Assembly: GCA_032718475.1 (NCBI GenBank)
Contig: JAUCBJ010001862.1
Coordinates: forward strand, 1 to 57,550
Length of the DNA stretch: 57,550 nucleotides
Direction of reading: 5' to 3'
Source: Nemertoderma westbladi
Taxonomy: Eukaryota > Animalia > Xenacoelomorpha
The position numbers were made by a program, and so were the translations under genes. The notes below the pieces were generated by a model. The model saw only the letters and a program-made list of their open reading frames with translations. It did no database searches and had not been told where the DNA came from. Shown here in pieces: positions 1 through 13,863 of the stretch. Position 1 is the first letter of the stretch, and every line of letters begins with the position of its first letter.

Positions 1-582
1 CTATACATATTATAATATCTGCAATTTAATTCGAATTATTATTATATAAAAGATTTTTTATAGAATTAATTTATATAATAAAAGCTTATTTAAGCTTGTA
101 CACAGGTTTGTCAATTCCTTACTCTCTGGTTTGGTTTAGTTTTCCGTTGTACGGTGTCTAGTTATTATTACCAAAACAATAAACGAAAGTCAATCAAAAG
201 CACTGGTTATTGCAGTATATTTGTGCTAGAAATAAAGTACTCGGCAGTACGGATGGTTACTGGTCATTTCAGTGGTTGTGTATCTCTATTATACTATAGG
301 CTATGGCTAGGCTAGTCTGTTAAGCTGCCTTTAATGTTTTCATGTAATGGTAGCTGGGTTGGCCTATGGCAACCCTACTGCCCAACACAGCTACATCAAG
401 CCCTAATCTGAAGTTAGGCTGATATAATAATTGTAGAAATTCAGCTCAATTTAGTAAATTATGAGTTTTACATAACTGATTAGGCCTACGTGTAATTTAG
501 GTTAAAGATTCGCACAGTAATTCCGTGACGTTTAGTTTTGTAATTACCGTTATGATCAGAATCCTTTGAAACTCGCAATATG

Positions 583-692
583 TTTATCACCCGGGTGGAA
601 AACATTTATCACCCGGGCGGCGGGTGATAAATGTTTTTCACTCGGGTGATAAATGTTTTTCATCCGGGTGATAAATGTAAGGTCCGAAATAC
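583..692. repeat. short inverted array of ~22-bp units (MITE-like hairpin)
   Basis: TTTATCACCCG units on the left mirrored by CGGGTGATAAA units on the right. Confidence 0.7.
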
Positions 693-779
693 AGGAGGTT
701 TTAGATTTTTACAGAATTCTACAGTACCTGATAAACCGTGTGTGTATATTTCAGGTAAGCCTGTAACGGCAACGAAGTA

Positions 780-1125
780 TGAAACGTATCGTACTGTAAT
801 TAACCTCAAACTATGCCCACATGCGATATATTTTCAGAGACACATTTCTATTCCGGACGGTATAAGTATAGCCTATACTAGAATACGCCTATCGTCCCAT
901 AATTTAAAAATTGAAAAAGGCCGATAGAGCCGCATGCCTCGTGCCTCACGCACTTGCGAATGTGACAACTTGTCGGTACAGGATGAATCGCACGTACTGC
1001 TACATTGTCCTCTTACTGTAGACCTGCGCTCAAAATACAAGAATACCATATCTTTTTCGAATGTACAAGATCTGTTTGAAGACGATAGAATGTTAATTTG
1101 TTCTCTATTCATTTCTGATATTTGA
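780..1125 (+). pseudogene. 3' remnant of non-LTR retrotransposon ORF2 (CR1/L2-group C-terminus)
   Basis: RIRLSSHNLKIEKGR*...RTCEC...QDESHVLLHCP, typical LINE C-terminal Cys/His motif, with an internal stop. Confidence 0.7.
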
Positions 1126-1342
1126 AGTTGGTTTTAAGTAATTTGCCATTATAATAATTAATTGTGCTTATTCAATTTTACTATATAGAGTAGTTCAATT
1201 TTGAATCTGACTGGATTCCGTGGATTAGAGGCAACTGGACACGAATAAAAATGTAAAACAAAACAAGAACAGAGAGAGGAAAAAATACTAATAGAGAGAG
1301 AAAAGGTCAAAGAAAGGCGAAACTGTAATTTATTAAAAGAAA

Positions 1343-2520
1343 TTATTTTAAGTGTAAACGAAAAGCTTTTAGCTTTTTCGCTAATAACTTTTTTGAATTT
1401 GAATTTTTAATATCAGAGGGCAGAGTGTTCCATATTTTAGGGCCTGAGAATTTGAGTGATCGTTGGGTTTGCATTAGGCGCACACGGGGAAGAAAGAAGG
1501 TATTAGAAGATGCAGAGCGTGTATTATATGTGTGGATAGAGCTGGTTTGTTGAAACAAATTTTGTAGTGCGACGGTTTTAGTACCCTTGTGTATATCGTA
1601 CATAAATTTTGCAAATTCAAGATTAAATAATTTGTTTAATGGTAAGATTTTGAGAGATTTATATATAGGACCAGCATGAGATTGGAAGTGATTGAATGTG
1701 ATGGCACGGATTAACTTATTTACCTGTATTTGAATCTTATTTGTATGACTATAGTATGTATTTCCCCAGAGCGGTAAACAGTAAAGTAAAAGAGGGTGTA
1801 TTAGTGCAAAGTACAGTGTCCGTAGAATATGTAATGGTAGTATGTATCTGAGTTTATAAAAAATGCCAGTTGTTTTAGATATTTTTTTAAGTATTTAGTG
1901 ACAGTGCGTTTTCAAGTTTAAACTATTATCGATAAATATTCCCAAAAATTATGTTGCAGATTTATTACATAAGGATTTGGAGCGAATGTTAATAGAAGGG
2001 TTAATTTTTGTTCTAGAATTTTGAAAAAATAAAAATTATGTTTTTTTCAAGTTAAGTGAGAGTTTGTTGTCGATCAGCTAGTTGTCCAATTTGTCTAGTT
2101 CTACATTAACTGTATTTATCAGGGTAATTGGGTTTTTGTCAAAGTGAAGTAGGGTTGTGTCGTCTGCAAACAGTGTTGTCAGTAAAGAGCTGCAGTTCGG
2201 TAAGTCATTAATGTACATTGTACAGTAAGAAGTGTGTTGGGCTCAGTATAGCACCCTGAGGAACTCCACAGGGAGCGCTGGCCGGGGAGGAAATGGTTCC
2301 GTCAATGGAGACAACATGTGATCTGTTTTGTAGAAAAGACCCGAGAAGTTTTAGAGGTTGTCCCCGTATCCTATAACAGTCCAGCTTCTTCATTAAGGTC
2401 CCATGATCGAGAGTGTCAAAAGACTTCCTGATATCAACCGAGATGAGACAGGCAGAGCTACCGCTATCGATAGATTCTTGTATTTGTTCAGTTACTGTGA
2501 GTATAGCGTCAGTTGTAGTA
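1343..2520 (-). mobile_element. 5'-truncated degenerate CR1/L2-group LINE (RT and C-terminus)
   Basis: GVPQGAILSP, LFADDTT, HTYNTRS...KFSGPKIWNTLP motifs across broken frames. Confidence 0.85.
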
Positions 2521-3503
2521 ATGTAGTTTTGTCATAATGTAGGAGTTACTTGCATAAACCACAGGACCGAATTAATTATATCTGTGCTGTGCCATATAAT
2601 AATATACTAATTGTGTTTTCGGTTATTTCTGTATAATTTCTGTGAATTTGTATAATTATTCAGTCAATAAACCATATACAGTATATATATATATTATATA
2701 TATCGCCATCATTTAATCCCTTATACTAAATCCAAGACAGACAACTTGCTCCAGGATCTATACTTATATTTATTTACTGATTATTTGAGTCATCATCAAC
2801 CCCAACTTGGGTTCAAATGATGATCTTTCCCTGCAGACAAACTATACACTGGAACAAGCTAAAGTTGCTGCTGTTGAATAAACTTTGGAGAATTAATACA
2901 AACTCGATGGTGCTTCCTTCGGTTCTATCACATTTGAGGCACACAGTGACAAACACCTTTCCCCAGTGGCCATTTTTGGACCAATTTGTCTCAAATTTCA
3001 CACAGACACTCTCTGACCTATGTGTAACTTCATAGAAAAAAATTTAAATTAGGTGATTTTCCGCTTCGAGCAGCATGATAGAAAATTATGAGTTTATGGC
3101 TTTTTTTTCCGAAAAGTCAATTTTTGCCTGTTTTCAAATGTGCACCATTTCCTCAATTTTCCTTCAATTTGCCGGAAAATCTACAGACAGACACTCCAGT
3201 TTGTGTATTTAATGTGATGTAAATTTTACGGCTGCAGAGGACGATATGCCCTTCGCGTAGCACGTGAAAAAAACCGTCCGGACCGGTACCTACAGCGCTG
3301 TAAGTAGGCAATCAACTAATAGTCAAATAATATTTTAAATGGGATGTTCAATTGTACCGACGGGCAGTCGGTAGACCTACAGTTGCCAGTTCAAGTGCCT
3401 TGACGATTTACAATTAGTGGACGTCATCTGCAGCCGTCTTTCAGCGGTGGATCAGACCATGGAATACCATGATAAGACATGGTCAGACGGTCTCGGTCTG
3501 TAA

Positions 3504-3636
3504 CCTGCTCCTTTACTAACCTGTCATTTTAATGGCAATGGGACCTAATGTTCTTCGGGACTTAACGCGACTTTACATCTTTGTTTTGTACAGGTCCCAA
3601 AGTGTGTCAGGTCCCGTTGCGATTTAAAGGAGCAGG
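3504..3636. repeat. short inverted-repeat element (possible MITE)
   Basis: CCTGCTCCTTTA...GCAATGGGACCT versus AGGTCCCGTTGC...TAAAGGAGCAGG. Confidence 0.4.
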
Positions 3637-4379
3637 ATATAGAGGCGTGTTGGGGGAGCCAAAACAATAAACGAAAGTTTTTACGGGAGTCAGTTAGCCA
3701 GGCTCCCGACCGATCAACAAAGTGGTAGTGCTCATACGCGCTGCTATGGCGGCTTAGAGTCGACTGAGTTCCCCCTTGGGGCCGGCGAAAAAGAGTTCTA
3801 TGAGTTTAACTGAATTGTTAATAGTTTGATATCTGATAGTAACCTTTACTGGTAGGTAGCCTACGGTAGTTGCCGCTCTGTAACGAAGCGATCGAAAACG
3901 ATGCACCTACTCCTACTGCTCTACATAAATGTGCCAACTGGCCTCTTAGGTGGAATACGGCCTACTTGTTAACTAACAAAGTGGATGAATCATATACACT
4001 ACACCAATAGACGGCCTCAGGATAGATACGCCCTGGGGGTGAGCTGGTTGGGTAAGCTGGTTAGCCCACCACCCCATATCACATCCTAACCCTAACCACA
4101 TCTTGTCCTTATATGCTTATAGTGGGTTTCCCTGTAGCTGTAAGTGGGCTTGTTGGGCCAACTTACTGGCTTGGCATTTCTTTAGGTCCAACATTGGTAA
4201 ATTAGCCCCCCCCCCCCCCCCCCCCCCATTTTCTAGTAGAAGCGCTTAGCAGTGAGGGTGAATCCGCTAACAAAAGTTAACACATGTTACAAAATTATGA
4301 CCTACATTTTCCTGAAGAGTCGTACAGTTAATCTAATCAACCAGAATGAGCCAACCAAAAGGTTTTACCGACTGCTGGT

Positions 4380-4457
4380 AATGTTTCCACCGATATGCTA
4401 TAATGTTTCCACCGATATGCTATAATGTTTCCACCGATATCCTGTAATGTTTCCACC
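4380..4457. repeat. 22-bp tandem repeat, ~3.5 copies
   Basis: TAATGTTTCCACCGATATGCTA repeated. Confidence 0.9.
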
Positions 4458-5311
4458 AGTAGGCCTATACTTAGATATAATTAATTAATTTTGTAGAATT
4501 ATGAGAGTTTTGGCAACTTATTGGGCAAGTTACTCATTCAGCAAATGGCATATTGGGCAAGGAGTCCGCCGTTACTTCCCAACAAACCCAGTCAGCTATT
4601 CAGATTAACCTGCAGCAAGCTACAGTAGAAGTGCTAGCCAGGAGGAAGAATTACCAGCGACCTACAGTTTCCTAGAAACAGGCTGACGTCAACACACAAT
4701 TTATTAAAACTGATAACCTGGTGCACAGGTGCTGCACGAAGGCCCCATGTAAATTATATTTGGAAATTTCTAAACTTTTGCCAGACTACATTGTGTACCT
4801 TAGTTTGGTTATATTTCATCGAGAATTGATCGATTTGTTAACGTTCAAATATTGGCATTGACAGAACGACAGGTTGATTAATACAGTAGTACCCCTAAAA
4901 CTAAGGTTCACCATGCTTCGTGGCTCGCCCCACAGTTCCAACAAAGGTTACCTTAAATACCCAAGATCAATTATATCCAAGACACATTTTGTGTTCTTAA
5001 CACCAGAATGACTGAATTATTATTTTCGGCACCTTTGATTTTCATTCTGCTATAGAGCCAGCTCTTAATAATTATTGTTGTAATCAATATCCCTTCGTGA
5101 CATTTATTCAATTTTACGTAAATTAAACGAGTTTAAAAAAGTAATTATTATTTCAATAATTTATGTTTTAAACAACTATTCACCTAGAAAGGCAGATGTG
5201 CACTGTTTGGTGTTTGACAGGAAGCCAACTTAAATCACATACTCCCAAATTCATCACTTCCGCCCTGGAAATTTTATAAATTTTATTTTAATTTCCCTAG
5301 GTTACATAATC

Positions 5312-5372
5312 ATGTCGAAGTTAACATTTACATCACTGATACTCGTTATCATCTGTTCTACGTCCAGATCAG
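5312..5372 (+). CDS. host gene A first coding exon: signal peptide MSKLTFTSLILVIICSTSRS
   Basis: ATG at 5312 after a ccctag acceptor; basic-hydrophobic-small residue pattern; phase-1 donor AG|GTACAG joins exon 6657 in frame. Confidence 0.75.
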
Positions 5373-5704
5373 GTACAGTGGTTTATAAAGTACTATTTTT
5401 ATGTACATACTGAAGAGTTGTACTGTATGCATAGGGTGAAGACAATTTTTTAATCTAATTCAATAATAACTATGTTGTTTAGCTTAAATTAATTTACGTA
5501 CTTAATTTAAGTAGCCTACATACTACAAAATTGTACGCCTATATTCAAATTTTCTATATCCTGAAATTTCAAATTTAAATTACAGTACTTTATGCTGCCA
5601 TTATTAATCAAGATTACCTAAAAACATAAAGAAGAGAGCTAAATACAGTAGCTTTAGGGGTTTCGATGAACAATACCTATAATAATCTACATTACAACAT
5701 TAAG

Positions 5705-6372
5705 GATCCATCCAGTCTAATACAGTATGGCTAGTCTAACCCTCGCATACCAGCACCAATTATTGGAAGATCCATCCAAACTAGGCCTAATACACTAATA
5801 CAGTATGGCTAGTCTAACCCTCGCATACCAGCACCAATTATTGGAAGATCCATCCAAACTAGGCCTAATACACTAATACATTATGGCTAGTCTAACCCTC
5901 GCATACCAGCACCAATTATTGAAAGATCCATCCAAACTAGGCCTAATACACTAATACATTATGGCTAGTCTAACCCTCGCATACCAGCACCAATTATTGG
6001 AAGATCCATCCAAACTAGGCCTAATACACTAATACAGTATGGCTAGTCTAACCCTCGCATACCAGCACCAATTATTGGAAGATCCATCCAAACTAGGCCT
6101 AATACACTAATACAGTATGGCTAGTCTAACCCTCGCATACCAGCACCAATTATTGAAAGATCCATCCAAACTAGGCCTAATACACTAATACAGTATGGCT
6201 AGTCTAACCCTCGCATACCAGCACCAATTATTGGAAGATCCATCCAAACTAGGCCTAATACACTAATACAGTATGGCTAGTCTAACCCTCGCATACCAGC
6301 ACCAATTATTGAAAGATCCATCCAAACTAGGCCTAATACACTAATACAGTATGGCTAGTCTAACCCTCGCAT
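5705..6372. repeat. 78-bp intronic minisatellite, ~8.5 near-identical copies
   Basis: GATCCATCC recurs at 5769, 5847, 5925, 6003, 6081, 6159, 6237, 6315. Confidence 0.95.
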
Positions 6373-6656
6373 CCCCAAAATCAAGCATAAACCTTACCGT
6401 CCTACCACCCTTTATACACTACATATGAGTGTTCTCGTTACCTGTACAGTAATTATTTATAATAATACAGTAAGTTAACTTATTGAGAATATGGTGCGTG
6501 GAGTTGTGGATACACAAATCACAAATACATGGCCTATATTCCCCTTCCCCGATCTTTACTTATTTACATGTAGTTTACGAAAATTCGACTGACTCTAACT
6601 AGTGTAGTTTCTTTATATTTCGATAACTTCCTTCATTATTTATGTCATATCTACAG

Positions 6657-7082
6657 CTGATCCCCCAGGCAAGAATACTGTTATTAAGGTGACATTCCAA
6701 AGCAAAAAGTTTGGACCAAGTGCAGTTGAAGATTCGTGTTCACATTCACAAGAAATACAAGTGGGATATGAACAGAGTGATGCGGAAGTGCGTGCTATAA
6801 TCGACAAGTCGGACTACTGCACACAAACCATTACCACCATATCTCAAGCGGTCGCCAGCACCGATCTCTGTTTTGTTGATCGTGATGGCAACAGTATCCA
6901 TTTCAATACCTGGAAAGGACATACTAATTGTGAAAACAATGATAAAATAAAATGTACCGAAAAAGTTATTGTTGACGACAAGAATAAGCTGCCTATAACG
7001 AAATTACAGATTGGGGATACAGGAAGTGACTATGAGATCATGTACAGCGAGGCTGTCAGTGACATAGTTTGCACTAAATTCG
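6657..7082 (+). CDS. host gene A exon: Caspr/Neurexin-IV-like fibrinogen-related domain, copy 1
   Basis: ctacag| acceptor and G|GTAAGT donor, 426 nt, phase 1-1; motifs Y...IIDKSDYCTQTI, FVDRDG, DKNKLPITKLQIGDTG, IVC resemble the CNTNAP fibrinogen-like domain. Confidence 0.8.
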
Positions 7083-7366
7083 GTAAGTTCAGTTATCAGT
7101 ACGGTAGCAGGTTAATATTTCCTAGACACCAAAATTTCTATATTTGAGGTGAAGACATTTTTACACTAATTCACTGATAACAATGTTGATAAGCTTAAAT
7201 TACGTACAAGTACATATTGTAATTGAATATCATTAGTGTCAACATTATATATAATACATTATTAGTTGAATTTATTTTATTGTTATTTTATAAAGGCGCA
7301 GTTTACAAACCCACAGGGAGTTAGATCCGGTTTCTAGGTATAAAGGGGTGTGAAGGGGTTATTTAA

Positions 7367-7410
7367 CACCCGAAGAAGATAAAAAATAATTAATCGGAAG
7401 CTTGTGTAAT
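7367..7410 (+). other. degenerate Penelope-type terminal hammerhead-like motif
   Basis: CACCCGAAGAAGAT...ATCGGAAGCTTGTGTAAT resembles the motif at 42379-42423. Confidence 0.35.
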
Positions 7411-8164
7411 ATTATATTCTATATATTGTTTGATTGTTAAAACATTGTTGTCGATCTCGGATTTATTTAATTTTTCAACAACTCTCCACACCTCTTTTTA
7501 CATTATTAGTATACTGTCGAGTATCGACCCCCCTATATGCAGAATACCGCGTTACCGGTACTTATTTAGAATAATAAGTTAACTTATAGAGAATATGGTG
7601 TGGTTTTGTGTATTTAATTTAATTTAATTCGTACACCAAATACAAAATATGATATAACGGTACACAAAGCACAATAATGTTTAATACTGTAGTATGAAGT
7701 AATAATACAAGTCATAAAATAAAGAAACACTTAATTTAAAGAGACATTATCTAATATGCACTCAATCCAAGGAAGAGAAGTACCGTTTAACATAACCACA
7801 GCTGTCGGTTTTTCCTAAACTCGCCCGAAAGGAATACACTTGGACTTTGCATCCTGACTTTCGGTCAGGTCAGGTTTGCTGGAGTTTCGGATCCAAATTG
7901 GTACTGAAAACCAGCTTATTCTCGGCCCAAACTCCTCACACAGTTTCACCATTGTGCTGAAGACCTACAATTGAAGGACACAACAGAAACAAGTCATCCG
8001 CATAACCGAGAATCCCGAGATAGACAGAACCCACGAGACAAATAATCCCGACACTGAACACATTTAAATCAAGGCTCAATGAACACTATAAAAATTTACC
8101 ATTGAAATTTTATCCGTCCTGGTGGTAGCAATAAGGTAGCAGCAATAAATCCCCAATAACTCCA

Positions 8165-11100
8165 TATTAATTTTAATTTATATCGCGACATTCGTATTTT
8201 TTATGTATTTAACACTTACTTAATTTTATGAAATATTTTTTAAACTCGATTACATCTGTTTTTACAGTACCTAATTGACTTAATCTGTATTAATTTTAAT
8301 TTATAGCAACACATTCGTATTTTATATGTATATAAGAATTACTTAATTTTATGGAAACATTTTTTATTTTCGTAATTACATTTCGTCAACTAAATAAGTC
8401 ATTGAGGGCTATAGCGCCTAGGGCACCATTGAAGGCAAAAGCTTGATACGCATCTGCCTTAGAGATGATACACGCCCCGCCCTGTCTATACTGGATGCTC
8501 CTCTACCAGTGTTAGGTAACCTAACCCAGGAGGCACACTTGGTCCAGGGTGTAACAAAAGGACCCCTACAGTCGGCAGCAGGGCTGTAGGCCATGGATAG
8601 GCGGAAGGAAATCAACCAACGGCTAGACATGCTGACAAGGTCGGCGGAAGGTAATCAACCAACGGCGACCTACTGCGAAGACGCTTGTAGGAGTTGCGAC
8701 CACAAGCGGTTTACTCCCGCAACTGAAAGATATGAGTATGAGAACCCTCCAGGAGAAATACCGGCTCGGTCGTCGCCCGGGTCAACAAGGACCGCGTCCC
8801 TCAGTGGTACACCAGGCTGGGGTCGATAAATTGGCTACTGGAACAGAAGACAGAGAAGAAAGAAGAACCAACCTGTTGAAATGTAAAAAGACACTAAAGA
8901 TTGCTACAATGAACGCACGCACGCTGAAAGCACATACCAAACAGGGTGACATGGTCGCTCTGGCAATGGAATATAACATCGACATCCAAGAACATCGGAT
9001 TTGTCATGAAGACACTGCCATGAAGTACAATGACATTGGAAATGGATGGACGTTAGTAACAAGCTCAGCAGTAAGAAACTCAGCCAAGGCATTAATTGGT
9101 GGAGTAGGAATTCTGCTAAGCCCATTTGCACTTAAGACCCTAAACAACATCGAATCTATAAATTCCCGGGTTATGATCGCAACATTTGATGGGAATCCCA
9201 AGGCAACAGTTATATGTTGCTACAATCCAACCAATGCCTCAGAGCCAGAACAATCAGTCAAGTTTTATGAAGAACTGATTGGACTTATAAAGGACATTCC
9301 GAGACACAATGTTAAAGTCATTGCTGGTGACCTGAATGCGCAAATTGGCCCAGAAGACATCAAGGGTTACACCTATAACACCAGTTCTAACAGAAATGGG
9401 TACTTACTTTTAGACCTAATGGAAGAATGTGAATTGATACCAACAAACAACACATTCGCAAAGAGTAAGGGGAAGCTATGGACCTTTCAATACCCTAATG
9501 GAACCAAAGCACAACTGGATTACATCATTATAAACAAAAAGTGGAAAAACAGCATGATCAACTGCGAGGCATATAGCTCGTTCAACCTAATTGGTTCGGA
9601 CCACAGAATTGTGACTGCAGAGATAAGACTCAGTTTGAGAGCCAGCAAACCCAGTACAAGCAAGCAAATCAACTATGACTGGGAGAAACTCAGAACTGAC
9701 AATGCTGTAAAGGATGCTTATACAGTAGAAGTTCAAAACCGCTTTGAAGCACTTCAGTTAATGGATGAAGACCACTCCACCGATTCAATATACCAGAATA
9801 TAATAACAGCCCACAAAGTTACTTGTAAGAGAGAAGATCTTAAAATAGCCTACAAAGTTAAAACCGAACAACCAACAACCAAAAACATTAACAAGGTTGA
9901 GAAAGCTAAGGACGATCTTAAATTGGCCTACAACATCAGCCAGGACAATTACATACAGGATAAAACTGAAGCAATTACAACTGCTCACATACAGCAACAA
10001 TCAAGACTTACCTGGCAAACTGTAAATGAGGTATCTGGTCGGAAAAGTTGTGCAAAGGGGCGCCTCAAAGCCGATAGTCCTGAAGAACGTGTTGGGAAGT
10101 GGAAAAATCACTTCAGCAACTTGCTTGGGCAGCCACCAAACATCGAGGTCAGCCCTACAAGGAAAATATATGACAAGACACTACCTATAGAAACAGGGGA
10201 CTTCACACCTGCTGAACTCCAAAGAAGCATTAAAAGCATGTCCAATAATAAAGCGAGTGGATAAGATGAAATCCCAGCGGAGGTATGGAAAACCGGAGTG
10301 CTAAACTAGACCATTATTGAATGTTTGCAACCGGATGTTAAAAGGGGAAAAGCCACCACCAATTTGGACTAAAGGTCAACTAAAGCCTCTCCCCAAGAAA
10401 GGAGACCTCGGCATACCAACAAACTATCGTGGGATCTGTCTGCTTGTGGTAGCTGCCAAAATATACAATAAAATGATTCTATATAGGATTAGGCCTCACA
10501 TAGAGAAACTACTGCATAAGAGCCAAAACGGAATTCGACCAAGTAGATCAACAATAGCTCAGATACTTGCACTACGGAGACTGATTGAAGGAATTAAGTC
10601 AAAGAATCTCCCCGCAGCCATGATATTTGTGGACTTCTTTATTTTTGACTCCATCCATAGAGGTAAAATGCTTGAAATTCTAAGAGCTTATGGAATACCA
10701 GAAGTAATTGTTGCTGACATTAGATTTTTATATTGTGACACAGAAGCGCAGGTACTCTCACCAGATGGTGAAACTGAGTTTTTCTCAATCCTGGCTGGCG
10801 TACTGCAAGGTGACACATTACTATTACTATTACTAGCACCATTACTATTTGTAATTGTGCTGGATTACGCAATGAGGACGGCCACAAAGGGTGAAGATCT
10901 GGGATTCACACTTCAAGAACGCAGAAGTAGTAGATATCCGGCAACTACAGTCACAGACACCGACTTTGCGGATGACATCACCCTGCTCCCTAATACACTA
11001 GCAGATGCACAGCTTCTACTAAATAAAGTGGAGAGGGCTGCTAAGGAGGTTGGATTGCATATAAATGCTACAAAGACCGAATTAATGACCTTTAATGTTG

Positions 11101-11905
11101 ATGGAAACTTGACAACCATTGATAATAATCAACTAAGGAAGGTCGATGACTTCCAGTACCTTGGATCATGGATAGAGAGTAGCAAAAAGGACATAGAAGT
11201 TAGGAAAGCAAAGGCTTGGGTAGCTCTATCAAAAATGGATACCTTCTGGAAATCAGATCTCTCCAGGCACCTGAAGACTAAGTTATTTCGAGCCACAGTG
11301 GAAAGTGCATTTTTATACGGGGGTGAGACCTGGACACTGACTAAATCACTTGAACAACAAATTGATGGTTGCTACACAAGACTACTAAGGGCAGCCCTAA
11401 ACATCAGCTGGAGACAACACATGACAAACGCCGAACTTTATGGTACAATACCACCTGTATCAACCACCCTCCGTGAACGCAGATTAAGATTCAGTGGGCA
11501 CTGCTGGCGAAGTAAAGACGAGGTCATAACAGATCTACTTCTCTGGCAACCAACTCATGGAAAGCGTAGTCGTGGACGACCGGCCATAACATATATAGAT
11601 CAACTTGAAAGGGATACTGAACTTGGGAGAAACGAAATTGCGACAACTATGGAGAATCGGGAAGCCTGGAAGGATCTCATTTCCACTGTCCGAGTTCGCT
11701 CGACCTAGTAGTAGTAGTAATTTTATGGAAACATTTTTTAAACTCGATTACATCTGATCTTATCATCATACAGTACCTAATTGACTTAATCTGTATTAAT
11801 TTATAGCAACACATTCGTATTTTATATGTATATAAGAATTACTTAATTTTATGGAAACATTTTTTAAACTCGTTTACATTTGTTTTTTTACTTTATTGCC
11901 TTAAT
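8165..11905. repeat. ~120-bp AT-rich tandem repeat interrupted by the RTE insertion (8165-8366 and 11719-11905)
   Basis: ACATTCGTATTTT...ACTTAATTTTATGGAAACATTTTTTAAACTCG units on both sides of the RTE. Confidence 0.8.
8367..11718 (+). mobile_element. full-length RTE-clade LINE (APE + RT), disrupted by a stop and frameshift near 10262-10320
   Basis: APE motifs AGDLNA, LDYII, SDH; RT motifs GVLQGD, DFADD; (TAG)n tail; ~22-bp TSD AATTTTATGGAAACATTTTTTA at 8345-8366 and 11719-11740. Confidence 0.95.
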
Positions 11906-12276
11906 CTGCTAAGGTCGTAATCTATTTATCATATAATTACAAAATAATATTGTAATTTGCTATCTTAAATATGGTCAATTGCTGTCAATCTATTTTTATT
12001 TTTTTTTAATTATGTTAATCTTCCATATTTTATACATTATGCATTATTATACATTATTATTACATTATTATTATCTCATATATTTTACTCGATTTTACAG
12101 TACCAGTACCAGTATCTTTATTTTATTCCTACCTGGTTGTCAGTCACCTACGTTTACTTTCATTATCGATTTATGGGTGCTAAAAGTGGATACTTTCCTC
12201 ATCACCCTTTAAACTATTAAACTAAACTATTAAATAATAGGTCACGGATAACCACCCCCCCCCCCCCCCCCCTTAA

Positions 12277-13859
12277 CCCTATCAGTACCGGGCTATAAAA
12301 TGTTGTACAAATACCGGGGGGGAGGGGTCATATTGACCACCCCTCCCCCCCCCCCCTCCCTCTAAAATCTACAAACTTTTACGAAAACGTCTGATTTTTT
12401 GTTTGTTCTTAGGTATCACTAGTCAGGATCCGACCGAAAAAAAAATTTTCGAAAAAATGTACTGGGGTGGTTATATTGCAGCACCAAAATTACAAGTAGT
12501 GGACAATTTTCAGAAAATTTGAAAGTTACATTTTTCGTCTAATTATTTTTCAATACAGGTTTTCTGGGGCGCAAAATACATTGGAAAATATTTAAAAATG
12601 ATATGATTACTATAAATGGCTGTTTAGTCCTCTCTGCGTAGGAAAAAAATGAAAAAAACAAGTAACCAGCACTTTTCAGTTAGAACACAAAATTTTTAAT
12701 TCACTTATACGATGCTATAAATTCACATTTTCAGGTTTTCTAGGGCGCTGATTCTAATGGAATACATTTCTAAATTGCCCCATCATTGCTACTTGTATTT
12801 TTCGGCGTAATTTGGCAAATTTTGGTGCTAGGACCAAATTTCGTACCCATCACCAAAGAGTACAAGTTTGTGATGTCCAGTGCTGTTTTTATTGATTCCA
12901 TCGGATTCAGGACCCTCATAAACCCGCATAACGCAATAAACAAGATGATACTATCTACTGATCAATTTGCTTATTTTCCAAAATTTGGTGCTGGCACAAC
13001 AATTTTCACCCACCGGCGAAAAATACAAGTTTGAAAACTCTTATGAAATTTTTACTGATTCCATTAAATTCAGAACCCTCACAAACCCATATAACGCAAG
13101 AAACAAGGTGACACAATCAATTTATATATTAGATGGTTTTCAAAATTTGGTGCTAGCACCACATTTTGCACCCACTTCCGAAAAATACAAGTTTGAGATG
13201 CCTAGTTCGAAAATTATATAGTCCATTCAATTCAGAATAGCCATAAACCTCTAAAACGCAAGAAATAAATTGTCACAAACAATTTTATCAATTGAATGGA
13301 TTTTCAAAATTTCGTGCAGCACCAAAATTTGCACCCACCACCGTAAAATACAAGTTTGATACGCTTGGTGCAACTCGTATTTATTTCATCGAAATCAGAA
13401 CCCCAAAAAACCCAATTGCCTAAAAAACAAGTTTCACACAATCAATTTACAAAATTGACATATTTCAAATTTTGGTGCTGGCACCAAAAATTGGCACCCG
13501 CCGAAAAAAACAAGTTTGAAATTTCTAAATCAATTTATATGCATTCCATCCAATTGCCAACACCAAAAAACCGGTGTAAATCAAAAATAAAGATGTTACA
13601 ATTCATATTTAATGAAATGTAATTTTCAAAAAACGTCTCAAAAAAAGTACCAAAAGTAGGGTTAAAAAATGGTGCTATAACTCGAAAACTACCAAATATT
13701 TTTGAAAACGGTTTACTGTAATAGAAGCAAGGAATGTGCAATAGATTTTTAGGAAAAGTCATAAAATTTCAGATTCCCAACTGCGTTTGTTTCAGAATTA
13801 TAATAAAAAAACCACTGGGGGGCTCATATTGACCCCCCCCCCCCCCGGGTTTAATAGGG
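12277..13859. mobile_element. non-autonomous piggyBac-type element with internal ~162-bp tandem repeats
   Basis: TTAA|CCCTAT...ATAGGG|TTAA; subterminal TCATATTGACC at both ends; CAAAWTTTGGTGC recurs near 12816, 12979, 13141, 13306, 13466. Confidence 0.8.
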
Positions 13860-13863
13860 TTAA

